From an uncultured Candidatus Saccharibacteria bacterium (lineage in GTDB: Bacteria > Patescibacteriota > Minisyncoccia > Minisyncoccales > JANBVM01), in contig CAZEQH010000005.1 of the NCBI GenBank assembly GCA_964514375.1, positions 1 to 57,340 on the forward strand: DNA of 57,340 nucleotides, in the 5' to 3' direction. The notes under the pieces were generated by a model. That model did no database searches, was not told the DNA's origin, and worked only from the letters and a program-made list of their open reading frames with translations. The position numbers and the translations under genes were made by a program. This document shows positions 8,376 to 18,405 of the stretch, piece after piece; the stretch's first letter is position 1; the number at the start of each line of letters is the position of its first letter.

Positions 8376-10361
8376 ATGGTGAAAAAAAAGAAAAAAGTCA
8401 GCAAGAAATCCAGGGTTCTCTCCAGGACTAAGAAAAGCGCAGCAGTTGGCACAGAAGAGAAAAAATCTTATACAGCCAAAGATATCTATGTTTTGGACGG
8501 GTTGGAACCTGTCAGGAAGAGGCCGGGAATGTACATAGGTTCCACCGGAGTGGAAGGTCTTCATCATCTTATAAAGGAGTGCGTTGGGAACAGCATAGAC
8601 GAGGCTATTATGGGGTACTGCAGTAATGTCGAGGTTACGCTTTTGGCGGACGGCGGGGTAAGGGTGGAAGACGACGGCAGGGGTATTCCGGTAGATAGGC
8701 ATCCCCAGACTAAAAAGTCCGCCCTGGAAACCGTAATGACTACACTGCACGCGGGAGCAAAATTCGGAGGAAAGGTGTATGTATCCAGCGGAGGGCTTCA
8801 CGGAGTGGGTATCTCGGTAGTCTGCGCCTTATCTAAAAACATGAAGGCTGAAATATGCCGGGACGGATACAGGTATATCCAGGAATATTCACGAGGAAAG
8901 GTAGCCAGTAAGCTTAAGAAATCCGAGAAATGCAAGAACAGCGGAACTATCATCACCTTTTATCCAGACTCGCAGATATTTAAAGACATTACATTCAAGA
9001 AGAAAGACATACTAAAATATTTGCGCCAACAGGCTTATTTAACAAAGGCCTTGAGAATTTCTCTGGTCGATGAACGCTTCCAACCCAGCGGCAGTTATTC
9101 GTTTTATTTTGAGGGAGGTATAGTTTCTTATGTAAAACACCTAGTCAGGGGGAGGACTCCTATCCAGGACAGGATTTTTTACTGCAACGAAAAGAGTGAA
9201 GACATAATAGTAGAGTCTGCTTTTATTTACACAGATGAATACGAAGCTTATGAGGATGCTTTTGCCAACAATATTTTTACCGGAGAAGGAGGCATGCATC
9301 TGACCGGTTTCAGGAGCGCCTTGACCAGGTCTTTCAACGATTATGCCAGGAAGAATGAATTAATAGACGAAAAATCCAATAATTTTTCAGGTAATGACAC
9401 CCGTGAGGGATTAACAGCCGTGGTGTCTATTAAGATAAAAGATCCTCAGTTTGAGGGTCAGACTAAGGCTAAGCTAGGCAATTCAGAGGCCAAGACCGCC
9501 GTAGAGCAGGTGATAGGCACCACTCTCACCGATTTTTTAGAAAGAAATCCCAGGGACGCCAGATCTATTATTCAAAAATTCCTTTTAGCTCAGAAAGCCA
9601 GGAAGGCAGCCAAAGCCGCCAAGGATATAATACTTAAAAAGAGAGTATTAGACGGGCTGGCCCTGCCGGGAAAACTTGCTGACTGTACTTCGCGGAAACC
9701 GGAAGAATCCGAGCTTTATATCGTGGAGGGGGAATCTGCAGGCGGCAGTTCCAGGCAGGCGCGCGACCGTCACTTCCAGGCAATCCTTCCCTTGAGAGGA
9801 AAAATTCTTAACGTGGAGAGAGCCCGATTAGACAGGATTCTTTCTTCCAAGGAAATCAAGTCCCTGGTCATAGCACTGGGAACAGCCATCGGGGAAGATT
9901 TCAACATTGAAAACAGCAGATATCACCGTATTATTATCATGTGCGATGCCGATTCTGACGGCAATCACATCAAGGCTCTGCTCTTGACTTTATTCTACCG
10001 TTACTTTAAACCTTTAATTGAGAACGGTTATATCTATTTAGCCCAGCCTCCCTTGTATAAAATTCAGTCTGGTAAGAAAATGGAATATGCCTACACTGAA
10101 GACGAAAAAGGGAAGATTATTAAGGAGTTGGGAGAAAAAACCAGAGCTTCTATTCAAAGGTATAAAGGTTTAGGAGAGATGAACGCCGGCGAGCTTTGGG
10201 ATACCACCATGGATCCAGAGAACAGGACTTTGCTTCAGGTTAGCATAGAAGATGCCAGAGAGGCCGACAAAATATTTGATACCTTAATGGGTAAGGAAGT
10301 TTCTTCGAGAAAGAAATTTATCCAAAACTACGCTAAGAAGGTAAGGAATCTGGACATATAA
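8376..10361 (+). CDS. gyrB: DNA gyrase subunit B
   Basis: VRKRPGMYIG, DDGRGIP, LHAGAKF, GGLHGVG, VEGESAGGS, PLRGKILN, QRYKGLGEM. Confidence 0.95.
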   Translation: MVKKKKKVSKKSRVLSRTKKSAAVGTEEKKSYTAKDIYVLDGLEPVRKRPGMYIGSTGVEGLHHLIKECVGNSIDEAIMGYCSNVEVTLLADGGVRVEDDGRGIPVDRHPQTKKSALETVMTTLHAGAKFGGKVYVSSGGLHGVGISVVCALSKNMKAEICRDGYRYIQEYSRGKVASKLKKSEKCKNSGTIITFYPDSQIFKDITFKKKDILKYLRQQAYLTKALRISLVDERFQPSGSYSFYFEGGIVSYVKHLVRGRTPIQDRIFYCNEKSEDIIVESAFIYTDEYEAYEDAFANNIFTGEGGMHLTGFRSALTRSFNDYARKNELIDEKSNNFSGNDTREGLTAVVSIKIKDPQFEGQTKAKLGNSEAKTAVEQVIGTTLTDFLERNPRDARSIIQKFLLAQKARKAAKAAKDIILKKRVLDGLALPGKLADCTSRKPEESELYIVEGESAGGSSRQARDRHFQAILPLRGKILNVERARLDRILSSKEIKSLVIALGTAIGEDFNIENSRYHRIIIMCDADSDGNHIKALLLTLFYRYFKPLIENGYIYLAQPPLYKIQSGKKMEYAYTEDEKGKIIKELGEKTRASIQRYKGLGEMNAGELWDTTMDPENRTLLQVSIEDAREADKIFDTLMGKEVSSRKKFIQNYAKKVRNLDI

Positions 10362-10369
10362 TAAAATCT

Positions 10370-10567
10370 ATGAAAATCACGGAATTTCCAAAAAAGACAT
10401 CAGTGTTTTTCAAGGAGGTACAGACGGAAATCAAAAAGGTAAGCTGGCCCACTTCCAAAGAAACCTTAAGAGACACTTTGATAGTCGTCGGGGTTTCCAT
10501 TGCGGTGGCTATCTTTCTGGGGAGCATGGATCTTATCTTTACCACCCTATTAAACAGACTTATATAG
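10370..10567 (+). CDS. secE: Preprotein translocase SecE
   Basis: EVQTEIKKVSWPT plus single TM; precedes nusG. Confidence 0.9.
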   Translation: MKITEFPKKTSVFFKEVQTEIKKVSWPTSKETLRDTLIVVGVSIAVAIFLGSMDLIFTTLLNRLI

Positions 10568-10592
10568 TAAGGAAATCTAATCATTATTCTTT

Positions 10593-11138
10593 ATGCCTAA
10601 ACAAAAATTGCCGCAGAAAAGGAATTGGTACGTTCTGCACACCTATTCCGGTTACGAAGAATCGGTAGCAAAAAATCTAAGACAAAGAATTGAATCTCTG
10701 GGTATGGAAGATAAGATATTCAACGTTATTGTTCCCAAGGAGAAGAAGATAAAAATAAAGAACGGTAAGAGAAAGGTAGTGGAAGAGAAGATATACCCCG
10801 GGTACGTACTGGTAGAAATGGTAGTGACGGATGATTCCTGGTATGTGGTAAGGAATACCCCGAACGTTACCGGCTTTATCGGTGCCGGCACGACGCCCGT
10901 TCCTGTTTCCGACAAGGAAATTACCAATCTCAAGGAAAGGATGAAGGTTGAAGAGCCTCAATTTAAGATAGACGTGAAGGAGGGAGACCTGGTCAAGATT
11001 ACGGATGGACCTTTCAAGGATTCGGATGGCAGGGTGTCTGAGATAGACCAGGAGAGAGGTAAAATCAAGGTCTTAATAAATATGTTTGGAAGGGATACGC
11101 CAGTTGAACTGGATTCCCTGCAGGTCAAGAAGCTCTAA
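10593..11138 (+). CDS. nusG: Transcription factor NusG
   Basis: WYVLHTYSGYE, YPGYVLVEM, VRNTPNVTGF, KOW GPF...MFGRDTPVEL. Confidence 0.97.
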   Translation: MPKQKLPQKRNWYVLHTYSGYEESVAKNLRQRIESLGMEDKIFNVIVPKEKKIKIKNGKRKVVEEKIYPGYVLVEMVVTDDSWYVVRNTPNVTGFIGAGTTPVPVSDKEITNLKERMKVEEPQFKIDVKEGDLVKITDGPFKDSDGRVSEIDQERGKIKVLINMFGRDTPVELDSLQVKKL

Positions 11139-11154
11139 TTTATTTTAAAATATT

Positions 11155-11589
11155 ATGGCTAAAAAAGTTGTTTCCGTGGTAAAACTGATAGTCCCAGCCG
11201 GAGAGGCAACTCCTGCTCCTCCGGTCGGGCCCATTTTAGCTCAACACGGCATTAATATTCCCGACTTCTGTCAGAAGTTCAATGATGCGACCCAGGATAA
11301 GAAGGGTTTTACTCTTCCGGTAACCGTTAAGGTATATGAGGACAGGAGTTATGATTTTCAGGTTAAGCAGCCTCTGGTTTCAGATTTGCTGAAAAAAGCA
11401 GCTGGAATAGAAAAGGGTTCCGGGGAGCCTAATAAGAAGATAGTTGGCAAAATTACCAAAGAGCAGTTGAAGGAGATAGCGGAGCAGAAGATAAAAGACC
11501 TCAATACCGAGGACGTGGAAAAAGCCATGAGAATAGTGGCTGCCACCGCCGGCAATATGGGAATAAAAATAGAAGGTTATAGTTTATAA
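11155..11589 (+). CDS. rplK: 50S ribosomal protein L11
   Basis: [25 protein letters not shown]. Confidence 0.97.
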   Translation: MAKKVVSVVKLIVPAGEATPAPPVGPILAQHGINIPDFCQKFNDATQDKKGFTLPVTVKVYEDRSYDFQVKQPLVSDLLKKAAGIEKGSGEPNKKIVGKITKEQLKEIAEQKIKDLNTEDVEKAMRIVAATAGNMGIKIEGYSL

Positions 11590-11600
11590 AGGTTGATTAT

Positions 11601-12149
11601 ATGGAAGAAAAATCCATTAAGAGGCCGTCTAAAGACCAGTATTACCTTAAGATTGCCAGGGAAATATCTAAGCGTTCTACCTGTTTTAGGGCCAGGTCGG
11701 CCGCTATCATAGTCAAAGACGACGTGATTGTGGCGACCGGGTACATAGGCGCTCCCAGAAAGACCAAGGACTGCCTGGAAAGGGGTTTTTGCATCAGAGA
11801 CGAACTTAACATACCTCACGGCAGGCAGTATGAACTCTGCCGCAGCGTCCATTCGGAACAGAATGCCATTATCAACGCGGCACGCTCCGGGGCCAACGTC
11901 CTGGGAGGGGACATGTATCTTTACGGCGAAAAACCAGACGGGGAAAAATTCGACGCCCTTCCATGTTTTATCTGCAAAAAAATGATTATTAACGCCGGCA
12001 TCGACAGGTTTATCGGCTCTACCGCAGACGGCAGCTATAAGGTGTTTTATATAAAGGATTGGATAAAGGACTGGCAGAAGGGGGATATCATAGACGACAA
12101 ACAACAGTACGGGGCGGACCAGAATAAAAGAGCAGGAATGGAGAGCTAA
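11601..12149 (+). CDS. dCMP deaminase (ComEB-like)
   Basis: RSTC, TGYIGAP, HSEQNAII, PCFIC zinc motifs. Confidence 0.9.
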   Translation: MEEKSIKRPSKDQYYLKIAREISKRSTCFRARSAAIIVKDDVIVATGYIGAPRKTKDCLERGFCIRDELNIPHGRQYELCRSVHSEQNAIINAARSGANVLGGDMYLYGEKPDGEKFDALPCFICKKMIINAGIDRFIGSTADGSYKVFYIKDWIKDWQKGDIIDDKQQYGADQNKRAGMES

Positions 12150-12274
12150 AATTCACAAAGCAGAAACTTATACAGAGAGAGCCGAAGCGCTCTTTTTTTA
12201 TTGACTAATTTCCAGAGCTGTTTAATATGGTCACAGTACTTAAAGTACTTTTAAAAAATAGAAAAGTGATATTG

Positions 12275-12973
12275 ATGAATGGGATTTTACCCGTATTATT
12301 AATAGAAGCGAAAAATTTGGCCGAAGCATGGGAGAAAACAGTTCTTGAAGTCTGGGAGAAAGGTTTCCATATAAAGACGGAATACGGAGGCTCGAGCAAG
12401 GATGCTACCGTGCTCATTCATGTAGTCAACCCCTTACAGGAACCTAGGAAACACAGAGGTGATTACGTGACTTTTCTTGAGGTCAAAAATTATGTGCCCA
12501 TGGTACTGGAAGGCAGTATTGATTACAAAATCGGCAAAGGAGTTACGTATACTTATCATGACAGATTGTTTAAATATAAGCAGGATTCCAATAATCTTTC
12601 CTGGGAGATAGACCAGATAGAAAAGATTGTGGAGAAACTCAAAAAGAGCCCCTATTCAAGGAGAGCCCAAGCTATTACCTGGTTTGTTGACCGCGACTGG
12701 TTAACAGATGAACCTCCATGCCTTCAGAGAGTTTGGTGCAGGGTTTACGAAGGAAGATTAATTATGGAAACCACGTGGAGGTCCCGGGACCTATTTCATG
12801 CCTGGGGTTCCAATGCTTATGCTCTGACAGAGCTGCAGAAAGTCATGGCAGAAAAAATCGGCGTGGAGGTCGGCCAATATACAGACTTTTCCAATTCCCT
12901 CCACATCTACGAAAAGGATTTCAAGGAAGTTGAGAGATTTATCGCTACTCTTGAGATAAAAAAGAAGAATTAA
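12275..12973 (+). CDS. thyA: Thymidylate synthase, short archaeal-type ThyA
   Basis: YTYHDRL, SRRAQA, PPCL, RSRD, AWGSN, SLHIYE; ATG at 12275 preferred. Confidence 0.8.
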   Translation: MNGILPVLLIEAKNLAEAWEKTVLEVWEKGFHIKTEYGGSSKDATVLIHVVNPLQEPRKHRGDYVTFLEVKNYVPMVLEGSIDYKIGKGVTYTYHDRLFKYKQDSNNLSWEIDQIEKIVEKLKKSPYSRRAQAITWFVDRDWLTDEPPCLQRVWCRVYEGRLIMETTWRSRDLFHAWGSNAYALTELQKVMAEKIGVEVGQYTDFSNSLHIYEKDFKEVERFIATLEIKKKN

Positions 12974-13095
12974 ATATTTTTTTATTCAGGCTTCTTAAAG
13001 GAGCCTTTTTATTTTGTGATTGAGGGGTGCTATTTTTGGATTGACAGCGATAGTAATTTAATGTATGCTACGACAACGCTTGTTTATAATTTAAT

Positions 13096-13683
13096 ATGGA
13101 GGAGATAGATTTGGAAAATTCATTAAACAAAAAGAAGGTTGAGGGAAAAACAGGTAAAACTCTTATTTTCATAGATAATGATAACTTGTTTATCGAGCAG
13201 ATACATATAAATAAGAGGGTTGACCTGACTAACTTTTTTAAATTTCTGGCAGAATGCCGAGACAATAAAACCTTTATCTACTTTTATTATACGCCCGGTG
13301 ACATAGATAAAGCTAATTCCTCTTTTATGGGATTTCTGCGTTTTATATCCCGCAAGCTGTGGAGACAACTGGAACGGGAAGGAATATATTTTAAAGATTT
13401 TCCTTCCGCCAAGACCAAGGGGGGCGTAGACTCAATGATAATCTATGATCTGGCCGAGATTCTTCACAGAGAAGAAAATTCCATAGAGGAAATAGTTCTG
13501 GTTTCAGGAGACGGAGATTTTACAGAGAGCCTGGAGGACGCCAAAGCTAAGGGAATTCAGATAAAGATAATAGGAGGGAAAGAGAGCATTTCGGAATCCT
13601 TGAAAAAAATAGCCGACAAAGTTTTATGCCTGGAAGATATTCTAGAACAGCACAAAGAACTTGTCAGAAATGACGAAGACTAA
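13096..13683 (+). CDS. NYN (LabA/DUF88) PIN-fold nuclease
   Basis: IFIDNDN, KGGVDS, LVSGDGDF, SESLKKIAD. Confidence 0.85.
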   Translation: MEEIDLENSLNKKKVEGKTGKTLIFIDNDNLFIEQIHINKRVDLTNFFKFLAECRDNKTFIYFYYTPGDIDKANSSFMGFLRFISRKLWRQLEREGIYFKDFPSAKTKGGVDSMIIYDLAEILHREENSIEEIVLVSGDGDFTESLEDAKAKGIQIKIIGGKESISESLKKIADKVLCLEDILEQHKELVRNDED

Positions 13684-13737
13684 AGGGTTTTTTACACCCT
13701 TTTTTTATTGGGTAAAATCGATTAAAATAACAACAGT

Positions 13738-14391
13738 ATGTTAGATAAATATTTTAAAAATCTTGACGGCACCGTGGCCTTGCCCAGGAAAGGAAGGGCA
13801 GCCTTTATTGTATTCGAGGGACTGGATGGTTCAGGGCAGAGTACCCAGGCTGAGCTTCTAAAGGAGTTCCTTAAAGAAAAAGGATGTCAGGTTATCTTGA
13901 CCAAAGAACCCACTTCTGATTCTGAACCAGGCAGAGAAGCAAAAAAAATGCTCAACAAAAAAATTAATTCATCTCCAAGGAAAATCCAGGAACTTATAAC
14001 CAAAGACAGGAAAGAGCATCTGGAAAAAACCATTACCCCCGCTTTAAAAGAAGGTAAAATTGTCATATCCGACCGCTATTTTTTCTCTACCTTGGCCTAC
14101 GGTGCAGCTGATGGTATTGGTTCCGATTGGCTTTTCGAAATAAACAAACTATTTTTATATCCCGACATAATATTTCTTTTCAAGGTCAGACCCGAGGTCT
14201 GTATGGAAAGGATTATTAAAAGGGGAAGGCAGATATCTGTGTTTGAAGAAGAGAAAAAGCTGGCTTCCATTTGGGATGTTTATAAGACTTTCCCTGAAAA
14301 ATTTTCTAACTTCCATTTAATTGACGGAGAAAAGGACATCAGGGGAGTTTCTGAACAAATAAAAGCGCTAATCAGTAAAAACCTACTTTAA
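13738..14391 (+). CDS. tmk: Thymidylate kinase
   Basis: FEGLDGSGQST, TKEP, DRYFFSTLAY, PDI. Confidence 0.93.
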   Translation: MLDKYFKNLDGTVALPRKGRAAFIVFEGLDGSGQSTQAELLKEFLKEKGCQVILTKEPTSDSEPGREAKKMLNKKINSSPRKIQELITKDRKEHLEKTITPALKEGKIVISDRYFFSTLAYGAADGIGSDWLFEINKLFLYPDIIFLFKVRPEVCMERIIKRGRQISVFEEEKKLASIWDVYKTFPEKFSNFHLIDGEKDIRGVSEQIKALISKNLL

Positions 14392-14498
14392 TTTTAAGTT
14401 TCATTTAAGATTGACAAATTATCTTAATAAAAGTTAAATACAAGAAAAGGCCAACACCTTTTTAATCGTTCTTTTAAATTTTTTTGAGGTAATTTTAT

Positions 14499-15224
14499 TT
14501 GGTTGAAAAAGAAAATATATCTCTTTATAAATTTCAGTACGGCGTTATCCGTTCTATTTACCACATCAATAAGGTGACGGAGTTCGGCTCGAATTGGGCT
14601 GTTTTTGCCCATCTGGTGGAATCTCTTTCTGATGTATCGGAATCCATGCGTAAAAAGGAACAGAAGAAGATTAACGAAGAAAAAGCAAAGGATATGATTT
14701 CTGAAAACATAACAGTTACGCTTAAGCGTATGCTTTGCTTGGCTAACCTTCTTGAAGTGAACGTAGAAGAGAGCGTATGGAACAAATATCCCAACGTATG
14801 CCCTTATTGTTTAAAAGAAGAAAACTGCAGATGCGGAAAATACGAACCGATTTATGAAAACAGGGAGGACGAATATCCAAAAAAACTTGATGATTACAGA
14901 AAAAAGCAGGAAGGAAGACCTAAGAACCTATATGAATTTCAGCTGATGTCAAAAAGGATTTACGGCAACGTTAACAAGGAAGACGGAAGAGAGTCTTTAA
15001 GGACAATACTGGACCATGTTTTTGAGGAAGCAGGGGAAATAAGTAAAGCTATTAGGATAAAGAACAGGAGTAATCTTAAGAATGAATTCGCAGACCTTTT
15101 TATGTGGATCGTAGCCTTCGCTAATGAACTTGGTATAGCGGACCTAGGGAAGTCTCTTTGGGATTTATACCCCGGTAGATGCCGAAAGTGCGGTAGAAAA
15201 GAATGTGAATGCAAAGTTTGTTAA
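14499..15224 (+). CDS. Tandem MazG-like nucleotide pyrophosphohydrolase with Cys clusters
   Basis: FEEAGE...EFADLFMW in the second repeat; CPYC-CRC and CRKC-CEC motifs; start codon uncertain. Confidence 0.75.
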   Translation: MVEKENISLYKFQYGVIRSIYHINKVTEFGSNWAVFAHLVESLSDVSESMRKKEQKKINEEKAKDMISENITVTLKRMLCLANLLEVNVEESVWNKYPNVCPYCLKEENCRCGKYEPIYENREDEYPKKLDDYRKKQEGRPKNLYEFQLMSKRIYGNVNKEDGRESLRTILDHVFEEAGEISKAIRIKNRSNLKNEFADLFMWIVAFANELGIADLGKSLWDLYPGRCRKCGRKECECKVC

Positions 15225-15314
15225 ATTGAAAATTACGCCCTCTAATTGTTTAGAGAGCTTTTTTTTTCGGAAAATTCTGCTAAAATAGTGTTATAAAATA
15301 AGCTTGATTTAAAT

Positions 15315-15971
15315 ATGAACAAAAAAGACATATTAAAGAGGATAGACCATACCAACATTGAAAAGGGAGCAAAGGCTGCAGACATTAAAAAGCTCTGCCT
15401 GGAGGCTAAGAAGTACGGCTTCAGGGGGGTCTGTGTGAGGCCGAGATGGGTAAGGTTGGCTAAACAGGAGCTCCGGGGCACTAGCATCAAGGTAGTAGTC
15501 CTGGTAGACGATCCCATGGGCCTCAGTCCTCACCAAAAAAGAGTTCAGGTTTGCAAAAAGGCCAAACGCGATGGAACAGACGACCTGGATATCGTTATAA
15601 ACATAGTTGATTTGAAATACGAAAGATACGATAAAGTACTCACGGATCTCAAAGGTATCTGTAAAATAGGCCCGACCAAGGTTATAATCGGTTCAGGCTA
15701 TCTTACGGACTCTGAGATAGAAAAGGCTTCTTCACTAGTCAAGAAGGCGGCATGTGAATGCGTCAAAACAGCCACCGACAAGGACCCCTTGGAACACAGA
15801 GAACTGAAGGAAAAATTCCATCATTTAAGGCTGATGAGAAAATCGGCCCCTGGACTGTTGATAAAAGTGGCAGGTAAAATAAAAACTCTGGAGGATGCTA
15901 AAGCCGCCGTCAAAGCAGGAGCGGACATTATCGGGACCAGCTCCGGAGTGGAAATCGCAAAAAAAATCTAA
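15315..15971 (+). CDS. deoC: Deoxyribose-phosphate aldolase (divergent)
   Basis: IDHT, VCV, VKTAT, IKVAG, IIGTSSG. Confidence 0.85.
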   Translation: MNKKDILKRIDHTNIEKGAKAADIKKLCLEAKKYGFRGVCVRPRWVRLAKQELRGTSIKVVVLVDDPMGLSPHQKRVQVCKKAKRDGTDDLDIVINIVDLKYERYDKVLTDLKGICKIGPTKVIIGSGYLTDSEIEKASSLVKKAACECVKTATDKDPLEHRELKEKFHHLRLMRKSAPGLLIKVAGKIKTLEDAKAAVKAGADIIGTSSGVEIAKKI

Positions 15972-15990
15972 ATCACAACTGATAACTATC

Positions 15991-17445
15991 ATGGCTTATA
16001 GGCCGACCATAGGTCTGGAAATACACGTTGAGCTTAAGACGAAATCCAAGATGTTTTGTTCGTGCCTGAATGACCCGGAAGAGAAAAGACCCAATACCAA
16101 TATCTGTCCAATTTGTCTGGGCCATCCGGGTACCTTGCCTGTAATTAATAGAGATGCCGTCAGGAGAGTACTTAAGGCAGGATTGGCTCTGGGATGTAAT
16201 ATATCGGAAAAATCCAAGTTTGACAGGAAAAATTATTTTTACCCGGACTTACCCAAGGGATACCAGATTTCTCAGTATGATATGCCCTTTTGCGAGAAGG
16301 GAAACCTTAAGATAGGGGACAGGAAAATCCGGATTACCAGAGTGCACCTCGAAGAAGATACAGGCAGACTCGTCCATCCGGAGGGAGCTGATTACAGTTT
16401 GGTTGATTTTAACAGGGCCGGCATCCCTTTAATGGAACTGGTTACAGAGCCAGATATTAACTCGGCCGCAGAAGCTAGGAGTTTTGCTCAGGAACTACAG
16501 CTTATTCTTAGATATCTGGATGTTTCCGATGCCGATATGGAAAAGGGACAGATGAGGGTAGAGGCCAATATTTCCATAGCTTCGGCTTCTTCCGAATCAG
16601 GTAAACTGGGAACCAAAGTTGAGGTAAAAAACTTAAACTCTTTCAGATCAGTAGAAAGAGCTATTGATTATGAAATTAAACGGCAGGCCAAGGTTCTGGA
16701 CGGAGGCAAGAAAATTATACAGGAAACGAGAGGATGGAACGCTGGCAAGGAGATAACTTTTTCTCAGCGCGAGAAAGAAGAAGCGCACGACTATCGTTAT
16801 TTCCCGGAGCCAGATTTAATCCCTCTTAATTTTACAGAAGATGATTCAAAAGAGATAAAACAGGAGATTTCAGAACTTCCCCAAGCCAAGAGGGAGAGGA
16901 TGGTCGGAGAATACGGTCTTGATAATAAGGAAACAGAATTTTTTGTGCAGAACAAGGGAATGGGAGAATATTTTGAAAAAGTAATAAGCGAATTTGAGTC
17001 AGGAATTTCCGGGAAAGAAACCTCCAAGCTTATCAAGTTGGCAGCTAATTATCTTATTTCCGACCTTCAGGGCATTATGAAGACTGCCGGAGCCTGCGAG
17101 GAAGAATTAGTGATCAGCCCGAAAAGTTTTGCAGAATTCATCTCAATGATAGATAAAGGGGAAATATCCAGCAAGATAGCCAAGACGCTTTTGGCGGAAA
17201 TGTTTAAATCAGGAAAAGCTCCTTCGCTTCTAATAAAGGAAAAGGGTTTGGAGCAGATTGGAGACTCAGATATTATCAGCAGCACCGCAAGTGATGTGGT
17301 GGCGGAAAACCCAAAAGCTGCCGAAGACTTTATAAAAGGGAAAAAAGAAGCTTTACAATTCTTAATAGGTAAGATGATGGCTAAAACCAAAGGAAGGATA
17401 GACCCAGATGAGGCGCGTAAGGCTTTAGAGGAGAAACTTTCTTAG
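15991..17445 (+). CDS. gatB: Asp/Glu-tRNA amidotransferase subunit B
   Basis: IGLEIHVEL, RKNYFYPDLPKGYQISQ, EVKNLNS, DYRYFPEPDL; ATG at 15991. Confidence 0.97.
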   Translation: MAYRPTIGLEIHVELKTKSKMFCSCLNDPEEKRPNTNICPICLGHPGTLPVINRDAVRRVLKAGLALGCNISEKSKFDRKNYFYPDLPKGYQISQYDMPFCEKGNLKIGDRKIRITRVHLEEDTGRLVHPEGADYSLVDFNRAGIPLMELVTEPDINSAAEARSFAQELQLILRYLDVSDADMEKGQMRVEANISIASASSESGKLGTKVEVKNLNSFRSVERAIDYEIKRQAKVLDGGKKIIQETRGWNAGKEITFSQREKEEAHDYRYFPEPDLIPLNFTEDDSKEIKQEISELPQAKRERMVGEYGLDNKETEFFVQNKGMGEYFEKVISEFESGISGKETSKLIKLAANYLISDLQGIMKTAGACEEELVISPKSFAEFISMIDKGEISSKIAKTLLAEMFKSGKAPSLLIKEKGLEQIGDSDIISSTASDVVAENPKAAEDFIKGKKEALQFLIGKMMAKTKGRIDPDEARKALEEKLS

Positions 17446-17494
17446 GTGTTCTGCGTAAGATGATTATTGAAGTACTGAGCTCGACTCAGTATTT

Positions 17495-18403
17495 TTATTT
17501 TGTAAGGAAATTTTTTACCAGTTTCTCGGCCTTATGATAATCCGCAACCCATTTAATTGTTTCGTCTTTCTTAAACCAGGTCATCTGGCGTTTGGCAAAT
17601 TGTGCGGTGTGCAGAGCGATTTCCTTTTTTATTTCTCTTTTTTCTTCTCTTGTTATATTTTCTTTTTTTAAATAAGGTAACCACTCTTGATATCCGATGG
17701 TGTATAAGAGGGGAGAAGAACCGTACTCCTTGAAAAGCCTTCTTACTTCGACTTCCAATCCTGATTTAAACATCTTTTCCGTTCGCAGGACGATTCTTTT
17801 CCTGAGCTCTTTATTTGCTAGCTTGATGCCTATCTGCAGTACGCCGAATAATCCTTCCCCCTTTTTTCGTATTTCCCAGAAAGGTTTACCCGCACTCTCG
17901 CAGACTTCAATAGCCCTTATTAATCTTCGTTTGTTATTTCTGTCTATTATCGAGGCCCCTTTTAAGTCAAGCTTCTTGTATATGGCGAATAATTGTTTTA
18001 CAGTCTTTTTTTCTAATTTTCTTCTCAGTGCCATTTTAGGGGTTACTTTCGGGAAAAGATAATTATATACAACTGCGGCAATATACAAACCGGTTCCGCC
18101 TACCAAAAAAGGGATTTTTCCTCGGCGGACAATATCTGAGATGGCTTCAAGAGCCCTTTTCTTATATAGGGCTGCATTGAATCTTTCGTCAGGAATCAGA
18201 AAATCCACTAAATGATGGCGGATTCTTCTTCTTTCTTCCGCCGTAGGCTTGGCAGTACCTATCCCCATTTCTTTATAAATCTGCCTGGAATCTGCCGACA
18301 CGATTTCTCCGCCGAATTCCTCAGCCAATCTCAATGCGAACTCCGTCTTGCCGGAAGCCGTAGGGCCTAAAACAACTATTATTTTTGGAAGCTTCTGTTC
18401 CAT
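17495..18403 (-). CDS. miaA: tRNA dimethylallyltransferase
   Basis: GPTASGKT, SADSRQIY, VGGTGLY, AKRQMTWF. Confidence 0.97.
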   Translation of the reverse strand: MEQKLPKIIVVLGPTASGKTEFALRLAEEFGGEIVSADSRQIYKEMGIGTAKPTAEERRRIRHHLVDFLIPDERFNAALYKKRALEAISDIVRRGKIPFLVGGTGLYIAAVVYNYLFPKVTPKMALRRKLEKKTVKQLFAIYKKLDLKGASIIDRNNKRRLIRAIEVCESAGKPFWEIRKKGEGLFGVLQIGIKLANKELRKRIVLRTEKMFKSGLEVEVRRLFKEYGSSPLLYTIGYQEWLPYLKKENITREEKREIKKEIALHTAQFAKRQMTWFKKDETIKWVADYHKAEKLVKNFLTK

Positions 18404-18405
18404 AT

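Noticed and set aside
8178-8801. Long antisense ORFs over gyrB, thrS, dnaE, CapA and other genes
   Set aside because: Shadow frames of well-supported genes with no recognisable motifs
12275-12973. Phage-type dCMP hydroxymethylase / DNA hypermodification
   Set aside because: Retains the dUMP-specifying Asn; no glycosyltransferase or phage genes nearby
15895-15990. N-terminal extension of GatB
   Set aside because: Overlaps deoC; conserved GatB sequence starts at ATG 15991
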